Positions 52,570-62,220 of a DNA stretch of 64,000 bases are shown here, in pieces; the first letter of the stretch is position 1, and each line of letters opens with the position of its first letter. Location: the NCBI GenBank assembly GCA_034530615.2, contig JAVRCV020000033.1, positions 32,001 to 96,000 of the forward strand. Direction: 5' to 3'. The notes beneath the pieces are model-generated. The model saw only the letters and a list, made by a program, of their open reading frames with translations. It searched no databases and was not told where the DNA came from. The translations under genes and the position numbers were made by a program. The stretch is from Aulosira sp. ZfuVER01 (GTDB taxonomy: Bacteria > Cyanobacteriota > Cyanobacteriia > Cyanobacteriales > Nostocaceae).

Positions 52570-53508
52570 TCATGGAGATTTTTGAGAATATTTACAAGTA
52601 GCGGCTAAGGATTTAGCTTCAATAAAAATTTGTTTAATTTCAGGATGTTTTTGGCGTATTTTGGCTTCTAATCTATCTACTGTTAATGCTATTTCTTCAC
52701 CTGTGAGTTTCTTAGAAAATTGAATTTCTAAGTTGAGTAATACTTCCTGAGGAGCAAGCTGCATTGTGAGTACACGTAATACATCTTGGACTCCCGGTTC
52801 GGATTTAGACAGAGAACGAATATTATTTATAGTTTGAGGATTGGCACTTTCACCAACTAATAATCCTTTGCTTTCAATAGCTAGTAATACTGCAACAATG
52901 GCTAAAATAATACCAATAATAATTGAGGCAATACCATCAAAATAAATATTGTTAAATAAATGTCCTAAGAATATTCCTAATAAAGCTACAATCAAACCTA
53001 AAATTGCTGCTGAATCTTCAAATAATACAGTAAATACTGTAGGGTCTTTACTATTTTTAATTGCTTGCCAAAAACTTTGATTGCCTTTTGTGGGCAGAAA
53101 CTCTTTTAAAGCTACAGTCCATGAAGACCCCTCAAATAAAATCGCTACACCCAACACAATATAATTCCACATTGGGTCTTCTAAAGGAGTGGGGTTAATT
53201 ACATGAGTAATTCCTTCATAAATTGACATTCCGCCACCAATGGCAAAGATAAGAATAGCAACAATTAAAGTCCAGAAATAAAGTTCTTGCCCATAACCAA
53301 AGGGATGGCTATCATCTGCTGGCTTTTGGCTCATACGAATTCCCAGCAGCAGTAAAAGTTGGTCGCCAGTATCTACAACCGAATGAATACCTTCAGATAT
53401 CATCGCGGAACTGCCGGTAATGGCTGCGGCGATAAATTTAGTAATAGCGATCGCTAAATTAGCACCCATCGCTGCAAAAATTGTTTTTTTAGAAGAATCA
53501 GTTGCCAT
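52570..53508 (-). CDS. Cation diffusion facilitator family transporter
   Basis: SEGIHSVVD, HPFGYG, FEDSAA. Confidence 0.92.
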   Translation of the reverse strand: MATDSSKKTIFAAMGANLAIAITKFIAAAITGSSAMISEGIHSVVDTGDQLLLLLGIRMSQKPADDSHPFGYGQELYFWTLIVAILIFAIGGGMSIYEGITHVINPTPLEDPMWNYIVLGVAILFEGSSWTVALKEFLPTKGNQSFWQAIKNSKDPTVFTVLFEDSAAILGLIVALLGIFLGHLFNNIYFDGIASIIIGIILAIVAVLLAIESKGLLVGESANPQTINNIRSLSKSEPGVQDVLRVLTMQLAPQEVLLNLEIQFSKKLTGEEIALTVDRLEAKIRQKHPEIKQIFIEAKSLAATCKYSQKSP

Positions 53509-53603
53509 GATACTAATTCATAATTCGTAATTAAAAAAATCAAATTTAATCTACTAAGTTTATGGATTTGAATTTGTTTTCTATTTTTGGCGAATTTATA
53601 TAG

Positions 53604-55724
53604 CTATTCAGAAACTTGTAGTTCGCCGTCAATATGAGTAACGTCCCATCGGGTTTTTTCTTCCTCCCGCCAAAAACGCAATGATACATTAGCGTCTCCC
53701 ACACTCAGATTTTTCAATTCCAAATCTGGCAAGCACTCTGGTAGATTAGGCTGTACCTTTAACTTTCGTTGTGGTGCATCGGCTTCCAGTCCCAAAATGC
53801 TGCGAATAAGTAAGAAAATTGAACCAGCTGCCCAGGCTTGAGGTATATTGGCATCTGGATATGGAACTGGAAAGTTATCATCTCGGCGTTCAATTCCTGC
53901 AAATAATTCTGGCATTCGCCCAGCCTGAAAATAACTAGCAGCCGCAAAAATACCCTCAGCAATACGGTTAGCTTGTTTGTAGTAGCCGTATCGCTTCAAT
54001 CCTGCGGCAATAATAGAGTTATCGTGTGGCCAAACACTTCCCCTTTGATAACTAATTGGGTTATAAGCTAGATTTTGCGCCGAAAGAGTCCGCACACCCC
54101 AACCACACCACATATCTGGCTGGAAAAGTCGCTCCACAACTTTTTGTGCCCTTTCTTGGGGTACAATACCAGACCATAGTAGATGACCGGGATTTGAAGC
54201 AATTGATTGAATTTGCTGCTTGTTGTTATCTAAGCCAAGACAGTAAAAGCCTTTCTCTTCCATCCAAAAGCGATCGTTAAAACGTTGATAAAGTGCTTTG
54301 GCTTTTTGACGTAGCTTTTTCGCTGTTTCTTGTTCTCCCCACACCTCATAAATAAAAGCTGCTTTTCGCCAAGCATCGTAAACGTAACCTTGTACCTCAC
54401 ACAAAGCTATTGGTGGCTCAACTAACTTACCATTTGGGTAAACCATTGATTCACCCGAATCTTTCCAACCTTGATTGCGTAATCCGTGAGTAGAACGAGT
54501 TAAATACTCAACAAACCCGTCATCATCAAAATCGCCATATTTATCAATCCAAGTTAATGCCTTTTCTAGTGGTGCGCGACATTCATTAAGCATACTCACA
54601 TCGGCGTTCCAGCTATAAGTCTCAGCCAGGGTAACAATCCACAGAATAGTAGTATCTACCGTTCCGTAATAGGGATTGTATGGGAGTTGATTGAGTTTAG
54701 TTAATTCGTCACGCCGCAATTCATGCAGCATCTTGCCAGGTTGAGCATCATGCCAGTCATCTAACTCAGTTGCTTGTAACTGAGCCAACCTTAAAAGCGT
54801 ACCACGAGCAAATTCGTGATAAACCGCCATCGTTTGTAAGCTAGCAATAATTGAGTCACGTCCAAAGACTGCCATAAACCAGGGAATACCCGCAGCCGGC
54901 ATCCAAAATTGATGCCCATTATCTTCTAGCTGAATTCGTAACGCCCCCATATCAACTAGCGCTTGTTGATAAAATCCGCTAATCTCGGCATTAGACGATC
55001 GCAACTTTGTCGCATTAGTCAGAAATTCATCGCTGACCTTTCCGGCTGCTGTTGTATGAGGTACAGCACAAGTTTGTTGCGGTTTGAGAACATCCCCATT
55101 AGCTAAGGCTGTAAAATTGATACAGCTGTGCCATGTTTTGCCAGGATTAATCACAACATTAAACATTAAACGACCGTTGGCATAGCTGGCTTGTGAAGTC
55201 AGGCAAACTGGCTCAGTCATGATGCCTCGGACAAAAGAACTGCTGCGGTATTTGGTAGTGAGTACACCATCTTTCCATACTGTTTCAGTATTACCCCGCG
55301 TTACGATGTTCTTGGCTTTGACTTCAAAGATATCTGCAAAGTCAGAACGAATCGCCAGCATTAATTGAAATTCAACTGGTTCTGAATGATAGTTAGCGAT
55401 TTCGATATCTTCGTGCATCCCTCCTACAATGTCGCGCCGGATGGTTATAAACAAACTGCCGTAAGGGAAATTACCGTTAATAGTAGGAAATACTTGATTA
55501 GTAAATTGATAAAGCGCACTATGATGATTGATATTGCTAGAAGCTAGCAGCAAAAGTCGGTAGCGATTAAGAGAAATTTCGTAGTAAGAAATTAGACGTG
55601 TGTCACGCACAAAAAAGCCTTGCGCTTGATTATCGTCTATGGAACCATCACTAGCTGTTACCAGAAATGAGGAACCATCGTTGATTGTGATTAAACCAGG
55701 GTTGACAGTAACTTGTGTGGGCAT
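53604..55724 (-). CDS. Amylo-alpha-1,6-glucosidase (glycogen debranching enzyme family)
   Basis: AGIPWF..FGRD, PGKMLHE, NQGWKDS, EVQGY, GSVWPHDN, PQAWAA; start at MPTQV. Confidence 0.92.
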   Translation of the reverse strand: MPTQVTVNPGLITINDGSSFLVTASDGSIDDNQAQGFFVRDTRLISYYEISLNRYRLLLLASSNINHHSALYQFTNQVFPTINGNFPYGSLFITIRRDIVGGMHEDIEIANYHSEPVEFQLMLAIRSDFADIFEVKAKNIVTRGNTETVWKDGVLTTKYRSSSFVRGIMTEPVCLTSQASYANGRLMFNVVINPGKTWHSCINFTALANGDVLKPQQTCAVPHTTAAGKVSDEFLTNATKLRSSNAEISGFYQQALVDMGALRIQLEDNGHQFWMPAAGIPWFMAVFGRDSIIASLQTMAVYHEFARGTLLRLAQLQATELDDWHDAQPGKMLHELRRDELTKLNQLPYNPYYGTVDTTILWIVTLAETYSWNADVSMLNECRAPLEKALTWIDKYGDFDDDGFVEYLTRSTHGLRNQGWKDSGESMVYPNGKLVEPPIALCEVQGYVYDAWRKAAFIYEVWGEQETAKKLRQKAKALYQRFNDRFWMEEKGFYCLGLDNNKQQIQSIASNPGHLLWSGIVPQERAQKVVERLFQPDMWCGWGVRTLSAQNLAYNPISYQRGSVWPHDNSIIAAGLKRYGYYKQANRIAEGIFAAASYFQAGRMPELFAGIERRDDNFPVPYPDANIPQAWAAGSIFLLIRSILGLEADAPQRKLKVQPNLPECLPDLELKNLSVGDANVSLRFWREEEKTRWDVTHIDGELQVSE

Positions 55725-55765
55725 AGGGCATAGGGCATAGGGCATTGGGCATAGGGCATTGGGCA
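55719..55765 (+). repeat. STRR heptamer array (GGGCATA/T) x6
   Basis: Direct reading; contains the start codon of the debranching gene. Confidence 0.9.
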
Positions 55766-55867
55766 AGTAGTGAACAAAAGGGGAAGAGAGGCACAAAGGT
55801 ACAGGGAGAGTATTTCTGTAATTGTCCTCCTCTGCACCCCTGCTTCCTCTGCTTCCTTGTCCCCCTT

Positions 55868-56680
55868 CTAGCCATTCTCTGTAAAACCTGGATATAAGGT
55901 CATGCCACCATCTACAAATAGGGTTGTACCGTTGACATAATCAGAATCATCCGAAGCCAGCCACACTGCTGCTTTGGCAATGTCTTCTACTTCACCTACT
56001 CGTTTTGCTGGGATCAATTGGAGTAACTTCGCCTCGGCTTGTGGGATATCCCAAGCTGATTTATTTATAGGCGTTTTGATTGCACCAGGGGCAATGCTAT
56101 TAACGCGGATTTTATGAGGGGCAAGTTCTTGGGCAATACTTTGCATCATCATATTGATACCGCCTTTGCTGGCAGCATAATTTACATGACCCGCCCAAGG
56201 AATTACCTGATGTACTGAACTGATACAAATAATTTTGCCTGCGGCACAAGAGATATGAGGTTGCACGCCTCGGCGCAAAAACTCTTTTGCTGCTTCCCTA
56301 GCACACAGAAATTGCCCTGTGAGATTTACCCCAATCACTGCATTCCAATGGTCGAGGCTCATATCTACAAAAGCTGAGTCTTTTTGCATACCTGCATTGT
56401 TCACCAATATGTCAATAGTTCCAAATTGCTGAAGTGTTTGCTTAAACATCTCTTTGACTTGGTCTTCTTGACTAACATCTGCTTGAATAGCAAAAGCTTC
56501 ACCATTGTTGACTTTAATATCATCAACAATTTTTTGGGCTGCTTCAGCTTCAGAATGATAGTTAATAACTACTGCTGCACCAGATGAAGCTAAATTGCGA
56601 GCTATAGCTTCACCAATGCCAGAACTAGCACCTGTTACAAGTGCTTTTTGACCTTTGAGTAAGTAAGGAGAATAGCTCAT
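55868..56680 (-). CDS. SDR oxidoreductase, glucose 1-dehydrogenase type
   Basis: TGASSGIG, NNAG, SSVHQVIPW, YAASK, PGAIKTPIN, DGGMTLYP. Confidence 0.88.
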   Translation of the reverse strand: MSYSPYLLKGQKALVTGASSGIGEAIARNLASSGAAVVINYHSEAEAAQKIVDDIKVNNGEAFAIQADVSQEDQVKEMFKQTLQQFGTIDILVNNAGMQKDSAFVDMSLDHWNAVIGVNLTGQFLCAREAAKEFLRRGVQPHISCAAGKIICISSVHQVIPWAGHVNYAASKGGINMMMQSIAQELAPHKIRVNSIAPGAIKTPINKSAWDIPQAEAKLLQLIPAKRVGEVEDIAKAAVWLASDDSDYVNGTTLFVDGGMTLYPGFTENG

Positions 56681-57290
56681 AATGTTTCTTGAAAATATAT
56701 ATAGATTCTTAGTGGTGCTTGTACCAAAAAATATATCTTTTATTAGTTTTTTCTTGTTAAGTATTCATGCATTTAAAAATTTAATAACTGATGTAAAAAC
56801 TGTTGCTATTGATGTATATAACCAAGAAAATACTGCTGAACTTGTGTCAAAAATTACGCGATGTTAATTTGATTTTTGATGACTATTGCTTTGATTCTGG
56901 CATTAATTTAAAGGTTTAATGTGGCGATCGCCTCTAGCCATCGGATGAATAAACACTTATATCCCAAGGTCTAGAAGATTTTCATTTAATTTTCATAATT
57001 GTATGGAATCTTTAAAAGATGAAGGTAACAACAGTTGTTTTGCTAACAAAACTTAGATTTTATGAATTTTTTTGTATGTATTTTGTGATAAAAAATATAG
57101 TATTTAACAAAAATAAATAAATTATGATGAGAAATCATCCTTACGATAGTATTTTTTATTCTATTTCTTAGCTAAGAATACTTTTGTGGACAGCAATTTT
57201 CAAAGTTAAAACTCAATAACAAATTTGATTTTGGTCAAAATTAACTGATATTGCAGCTTCTGGTTATTACTAATTACTAAGGAGAAAGCG

Positions 57291-57785
57291 ATGCCTGCTC
57301 TGGCTCTCAATAGCCAAAATCTCCCATACCCCGACCCATTACACCCAATTATTGTCCATTTCGTGATTGCAATGGTGTTTTTCTCATTCGTTTGCGATGT
57401 GGTGGGTTATTTCACTCGCAATACACGTTTGTTTGAGGTCGGTTTCTGGAATATGTTTGTGGCGGCGATCGCAATTTTTGTCGCCATAATTTTGGGACAG
57501 TTTGAAGCCGGTCTAGCACAAACCTATCCAGCAGCCCAGCCCACACTTAATTTTCACACAGTCATGGGTTGGTCACTAGGGGCGATTGTGGCAGCAATTA
57601 CAGCTTGGCGGTTTGTAATTCGCGATCGCAATCCTCTCAAAGTTCCGCCTGCTTACCTGGGTGTGGCAACGTTTTTGATTTGCCTGGTGTTCTTGCAAGT
57701 ATATCTGGGAAGCAAATTATTTTGGGTATACGGCTTCCACGTCGAGCCTGTTGTCCAAGCCATGAAGCAGGGAGTTTCGCCATGA
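57291..57785 (+). CDS. DUF2231 membrane protein (ARTO operon gene 1)
   Basis: LHPIIVHF, TM helices; AAGGAG RBS. Confidence 0.88.
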   Translation: MPALALNSQNLPYPDPLHPIIVHFVIAMVFFSFVCDVVGYFTRNTRLFEVGFWNMFVAAIAIFVAIILGQFEAGLAQTYPAAQPTLNFHTVMGWSLGAIVAAITAWRFVIRDRNPLKVPPAYLGVATFLICLVFLQVYLGSKLFWVYGFHVEPVVQAMKQGVSP

Positions 57786-58387
57786 ACTCGCAACTAATTG
57801 ACTCTTTAGGGTTGAAGTTAGGCGCTAACGGACTACCCTACGAAATTCCCATGCACCCACAGTTGGTGCATTTAACATTGGGTTTGTTCATCATCGGTAT
57901 CTTGTTTGATATAGCAGGAGTTATTTTTCTCATTGAAAGACCAATCTTCAAATTTTTGGGTCTTACCGCCATTCGTTCTGGCTTCTTTGATGTTGGTTGG
58001 TACAACCTGCTAGCAGCAGCTATTGTGACATTTTTCACCGTTGCATTCGGTTTTTTCGAGCTACTGCTAGCAAACCCTGCGATCGATCAAAAAAGCGCTT
58101 GGGGATTGAGTCCTGGTTTGACAATGCTTTTGCATGGTTTGGGTGGTGTTTTGTTGCTGGGGATTATTGTCGCCATGACCGTATGGAGAGGTTTGCAACG
58201 CTATCGTTGGCGCAAAGATGCCTCCCGACAGGTGCAGTGGAGTTACTTATTAGCAGGGATTGCAATCATGGGTATTTTGTACGTTCACGGAACTTTAGGA
58301 GCGCAATTAGGAGAGGAGTTTGGCATTCACGTTACAGCAGCTAAGTTAATCCCAGAGGGTACAAACCCAAATTTGCTATTTAAATAA
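57782..58387 (+). CDS. DUF2231 membrane protein (ARTO operon gene 2)
   Basis: MHPQLVHL, HGTLGAQL...FGIH; ATGA overlap with the previous stop at 57782-57785. Confidence 0.88.
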   Translation: MNSQLIDSLGLKLGANGLPYEIPMHPQLVHLTLGLFIIGILFDIAGVIFLIERPIFKFLGLTAIRSGFFDVGWYNLLAAAIVTFFTVAFGFFELLLANPAIDQKSAWGLSPGLTMLLHGLGGVLLLGIIVAMTVWRGLQRYRWRKDASRQVQWSYLLAGIAIMGILYVHGTLGAQLGEEFGIHVTAAKLIPEGTNPNLLFK

Positions 58388-58389
58388 TT

Positions 58390-59307
58390 ATGCTGAGATT
58401 TTTGGAGTATTTATTAATAGCTGGTTGTATAGCAGTGCTGCTCGTTATCAGTCATGGAATTGGGCAGTTGGCCTATTCTTGGATGCCACCTGAAGCTACA
58501 GAAGAAGCGCAAAAGGTAGATAGTTTGTTTAGCTTTTTAACTTCAATTGGCGCGTTTATTATTCTTGGGCTTGTGGGCATGATGGTGTACTCGGTAATTT
58601 TTTTTCGTGCCGCCAAATATGACTACAGCGAGGGACACCCATCTAGAGGCGATCTCAGGCTAGAAATCTTATGGACAGCGACTCCAACCGTGCTAGTTTT
58701 ATGGATTGCTTTCCAAGGCTTCAATATTTATCAGCAATTAAATGTTCTGGGTTTGGGGCAAATCGTACATTTGCATTCACCTCTAGAAGAACCAGCCTAT
58801 GCGGTAGCTAGTGCTGACAAACCTAAACCAGCTGCGGAAACTGTTGAGGTTTTTGTCAAGCAGTGGGATTGGACTTTCCGCTATCCCAATAATGTTACTA
58901 GTAATGAATTGCACTTACCTGTAAACCTTCGGACTCGCCTCAATATGCACGCCAAGGACGTACTCCACAGTTTTTATGTCCCTGAGTTCCGCTTACAGCA
59001 ATATATTGTGCCTGGACGGAACATTGACCTTGTAGTTACACCCATTCGCACGGGGGAATACAAGCTCAAAGATGCACTATTTAGCGGTACTTACTTTGCT
59101 TTGATGGATGCCAAAGTCCGCGTTGAATCCCTTGAGCAATATAACCAGTGGTTAACCACAGCAGAAAAAGAACCAACAAGCATCAACAATCAGGCAGTAG
59201 CTGAGTATACCCAACCGCCAAAGACATTGTTTAAGAGTGGCTGGTACACTGTTGCACCTGCTCAAGAAGCGATCGCCAATGAAAGGAAAGTAATGAATGA
59301 CACATGA
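58390..59307 (+). CDS. ctaC: Heme-copper oxidase subunit II, ARTO type (no CuA)
   Basis: LEILWT, QWDW.FRY, DVLHSFYVP; CuA loop replaced by DALFSGTYFALM. Confidence 0.92.
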   Translation: MLRFLEYLLIAGCIAVLLVISHGIGQLAYSWMPPEATEEAQKVDSLFSFLTSIGAFIILGLVGMMVYSVIFFRAAKYDYSEGHPSRGDLRLEILWTATPTVLVLWIAFQGFNIYQQLNVLGLGQIVHLHSPLEEPAYAVASADKPKPAAETVEVFVKQWDWTFRYPNNVTSNELHLPVNLRTRLNMHAKDVLHSFYVPEFRLQQYIVPGRNIDLVVTPIRTGEYKLKDALFSGTYFALMDAKVRVESLEQYNQWLTTAEKEPTSINNQAVAEYTQPPKTLFKSGWYTVAPAQEAIANERKVMNDT

Positions 59308-60973
59308 TTTTAGCGAAAATCTCACCAATGATAGAGAGCCGGAAAACGAGCCTGAGAATAACTGGCGACGATACTTGAGCTTCAGCACCGACCATAAAGC
59401 GATCGGCGTTCAGTACATGGTGATGACTTTCATTTTCTTTTTGGTTGGCGGACTGTTGGCGATGCTCATTCGTGCCGAACTGATTACGCCAGCATCAAAT
59501 GTGGTCGATCGCCCCCTGTACAACGGCTTATTTACATTGCATGGGACAATCATGATTTTTTTATGGATTATCCCATTTAATGCAGGTATCTCTAACTACT
59601 TAGTCCCCTTGATGATTGGCGCGCGGGATATGGCCTTTCCCCTGCTCAACGCCATCTCTTTCTGGATTCTGCCACCAAGCGGTATTTTATTAATATCTAG
59701 CTTCTTACTACCCAATGGTACAGCGCAGTCCGGCTGGTGGTCATATCCACCAATTAGTCTGCAAGTTCCTCCAGGTCAGCCAATTAACGGTGAATTTATT
59801 TGGATTGTAAGTATAGTCCTGATTGGCATCTCTTCAATTATGGGGGCTGTTAATTTTGTGACTACCATCTTTTGGATGCGGGCACCAGGAATGACCTTTT
59901 TTCGGATGCCTGTGTTTGTTTGGTCAGTTCTCAGTGCCCAGTTGTTGCAGCTAATTAATTTGCCTGCCCTCACAGGTGCGTTGATACTATTGTTATTTGA
60001 CCTCAGCTTTGGTACGCCATTCTTCAAACCCTTAGAGAATGGCGACCCGATCATTTACCAGCATCTATTCTGGTTCTACTCCCACCCCGCAGTTTACATT
60101 ATGGCACTACCTGCCTTCGGTATTTTTGCGGAGGTTCTGCCAGCCTTTTCCCGTAATCCCCTATTTGGCTATCGGTCATTAGCTGTTGCTTCTTTAGGTA
60201 TCGCTGTAGTCAGCATTTTCGTGTGGGTGCATCATATGTTCACCAGTGCTACCCCTGGCTGGATGCGGATGTTATTTATGGTGACATCAATGTTAGTTGC
60301 TGTGCCCACTGGTGTTAAGGCATTTGGTTGGACTGCGACAATTTGGAAGAGTAAGCTGCACCTAGAAACACCTATGCTGTTTGCTATGGGAGGTGCTGCC
60401 ATGTTTCTGCTCGGTGGTGTTACTGGGGTGATGCTCGCAGCAGTACCATTTGATATTCACGTCCACAATACCTACTTTATAGTGGGGCACTTCCACTACA
60501 TTGTTTTTAACACCATCACGATGGCAATCTTTGCTGCCATTTACTTTTGGTTTCCGAAGATTACTGGACGAATGTATGCTGAAGGCTGGGGCAAATTACA
60601 TTTCTGGTTAACTTTTATCGGTGCTAACTTGACTTTCTTCCCTATGCTCCCACTAGGTTTACAGGGAATGGTACGCCGAATTTCTTCCTATGACCCACGC
60701 TATCAAGGGTGGAATGTGATTGCTAGTCTAGGAGGATTTTTGTTAGGAGTATCAATACTACCTTTTATTGCCAATATGGTGGTTTCTTGCTTATACGGAC
60801 AGAGAGCAAGTAACAATCCCTGGCTGGCTACAGGGTTGGAATGGACAACCACCTCACCACCACCACAAGATAACTTTGAAGAAATTCCGGTTGTCAAAAG
60901 ACCTCCCTACGATTATGGCGATCCCAAATACTCAGTGATTGAACCTCCCGATTATCATCAGCAAGAACACTAA
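59297..60973 (+). CDS. ctaD: Heme-copper oxidase subunit I
   Basis: HGTIM, WFYSHPAVY, WVHH, HFH ligands; PTGVK. Confidence 0.96.
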   Translation: MTHDFSENLTNDREPENEPENNWRRYLSFSTDHKAIGVQYMVMTFIFFLVGGLLAMLIRAELITPASNVVDRPLYNGLFTLHGTIMIFLWIIPFNAGISNYLVPLMIGARDMAFPLLNAISFWILPPSGILLISSFLLPNGTAQSGWWSYPPISLQVPPGQPINGEFIWIVSIVLIGISSIMGAVNFVTTIFWMRAPGMTFFRMPVFVWSVLSAQLLQLINLPALTGALILLLFDLSFGTPFFKPLENGDPIIYQHLFWFYSHPAVYIMALPAFGIFAEVLPAFSRNPLFGYRSLAVASLGIAVVSIFVWVHHMFTSATPGWMRMLFMVTSMLVAVPTGVKAFGWTATIWKSKLHLETPMLFAMGGAAMFLLGGVTGVMLAAVPFDIHVHNTYFIVGHFHYIVFNTITMAIFAAIYFWFPKITGRMYAEGWGKLHFWLTFIGANLTFFPMLPLGLQGMVRRISSYDPRYQGWNVIASLGGFLLGVSILPFIANMVVSCLYGQRASNNPWLATGLEWTTTSPPPQDNFEEIPVVKRPPYDYGDPKYSVIEPPDYHQQEH

Positions 60974-61016
60974 GAAGTCAGTTACCAAGATGGGGGAGAT
61001 GAGGGGAGTTTTTTCA

Positions 61017-61072
61017 CAATGCCCAATGACCAATGACCAATGCCCAATAACAAATGAACAATGACTAATGAC
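61017..61072 (+). repeat. STRR heptamer array (CAATGAC-like) x8
   Basis: Direct reading. Confidence 0.88.
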
Positions 61073-61756
61073 AAAAATTATGAACCTATGAACCGTGGCG
61101 TTATTCATGTAGATGAAAGTCCTATCCCTTTGGAACGATGGCGACAATACCTACCAAAGTGGCTAAAGCGTTTCCTACCAATTCGTGGTGGACGTTCTGA
61201 AGACCATCATGGTAAGGGGATGTTTGGGTTTACCGTCTTCCTGTTGTCGGAAAGCATAATTTTTTTGAGTTTTTTCTTCACATACATTGCCCTGCGATTG
61301 ACTCACTCAAGAAATTGGCTACCACCAGGTGTTTCGGGGCCGGAATTGTCTACTTTTGTAATTATTAACACTGTAGTTTTACTCTCCAGTAGCTTTGTCA
61401 TTCAACCAGCAGAAAATGCTCTCAAGCATCATCAGTTAAATAAATTTCGCTGGTTATGGCTAATGACGATTTGCATGGGAACCTATTTCTTAATTGGTCA
61501 AGGAATTGAATGGAGTCAACTTGATTTTGGGTTAAGTACGGGACTAGTAGGTTCTACATTTTATCTATTAACAGGTTTCCACGGTTTGCACGTTCTAACA
61601 GGTGTGAGTCTACAGATAATTATGCTGGTTCGCTCTTTTATTAGAGGTAACTACAATAAAGGTCACTTTGGTGTAAGTGCAACCACTTTATTTTGGCACT
61701 TTGTAGACGTAATTTGGGTTTTACTATTCTCACTTCTCTATATTTGGCACACATAA
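61061..61756 (+). CDS. ctaE: Heme-copper oxidase subunit III. Start 61061 or 61088.
   Basis: FLLSE, NTVVLLSSS, TGFHGLHV, FWHFVDVIW. Confidence 0.95.
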   Translation: MTNDKNYEPMNRGVIHVDESPIPLERWRQYLPKWLKRFLPIRGGRSEDHHGKGMFGFTVFLLSESIIFLSFFFTYIALRLTHSRNWLPPGVSGPELSTFVIINTVVLLSSSFVIQPAENALKHHQLNKFRWLWLMTICMGTYFLIGQGIEWSQLDFGLSTGLVGSTFYLLTGFHGLHVLTGVSLQIIMLVRSFIRGNYNKGHFGVSATTLFWHFVDVIWVLLFSLLYIWHT

Positions 61757-61777
61757 AAACATCTTTGGAGTATTTTT

Positions 61778-62023
61778 ATGAATTTATATCTTCAAGACAT
61801 CCCAGCTTCAGATTTGCCTCCAAAAGCAATTCAAGAAACTCCAGCACCAGGCAAAGACCCCTTAATTGCACGTGGTTTACAAAAAGAACAGTACGTTGCT
61901 ATTAGCGTATTGGCGATTATTCTTGTTGCTGCTGTGGGATTTTTTAGCCGCAGAGTTGAATACGCTATTATGTTTGCTTTTGCTCTCAGCATTGTTTTTA
62001 TAGCGTTTGTTTTACTTATTTAG
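61778..62023 (+). CDS. Small two-TM membrane protein downstream of ctaE
   Basis: GGAG RBS; 21-bp gap from ctaE; two hydrophobic helices. Confidence 0.7.
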   Translation: MNLYLQDIPASDLPPKAIQETPAPGKDPLIARGLQKEQYVAISVLAIILVAAVGFFSRRVEYAIMFAFALSIVFIAFVLLI

Positions 62024-62050
62024 ATAAGCCTCGGTCTTATTTTTTAGTTA

Positions 62051-62144
62051 ACTATAGCAGTCATAACAAATAGATCCCCGACTTCTTGAGAAGTCGGGGA
62101 TCTAAGCCTCTCGATATTTGCAAATCAAATAGGATTGCTATAGT
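62051..62144. mobile_element. MITE-like element containing a 16-bp palindrome
   Basis: Ends ACTATAGCAGTC / GATTGCTATAGT; inner TAGATCCCCGACTTCT-TG-AGAAGTCGGGGATCTA. Confidence 0.7.
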
Positions 62145-62220
62145 GACAACATAATTGCACAACCAAGGGATGAAAATCTTTTATTCCCTGTTCCCTATTC
62201 TCAAGTTAGGAGATATCTGA

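Noticed and set aside
57569..57781. Track's long N-terminal extension of the second DUF2231
   Set aside because: Out-of-frame overlap with the first DUF2231; the ATG at 57782 with ATGA coupling is the credible start.
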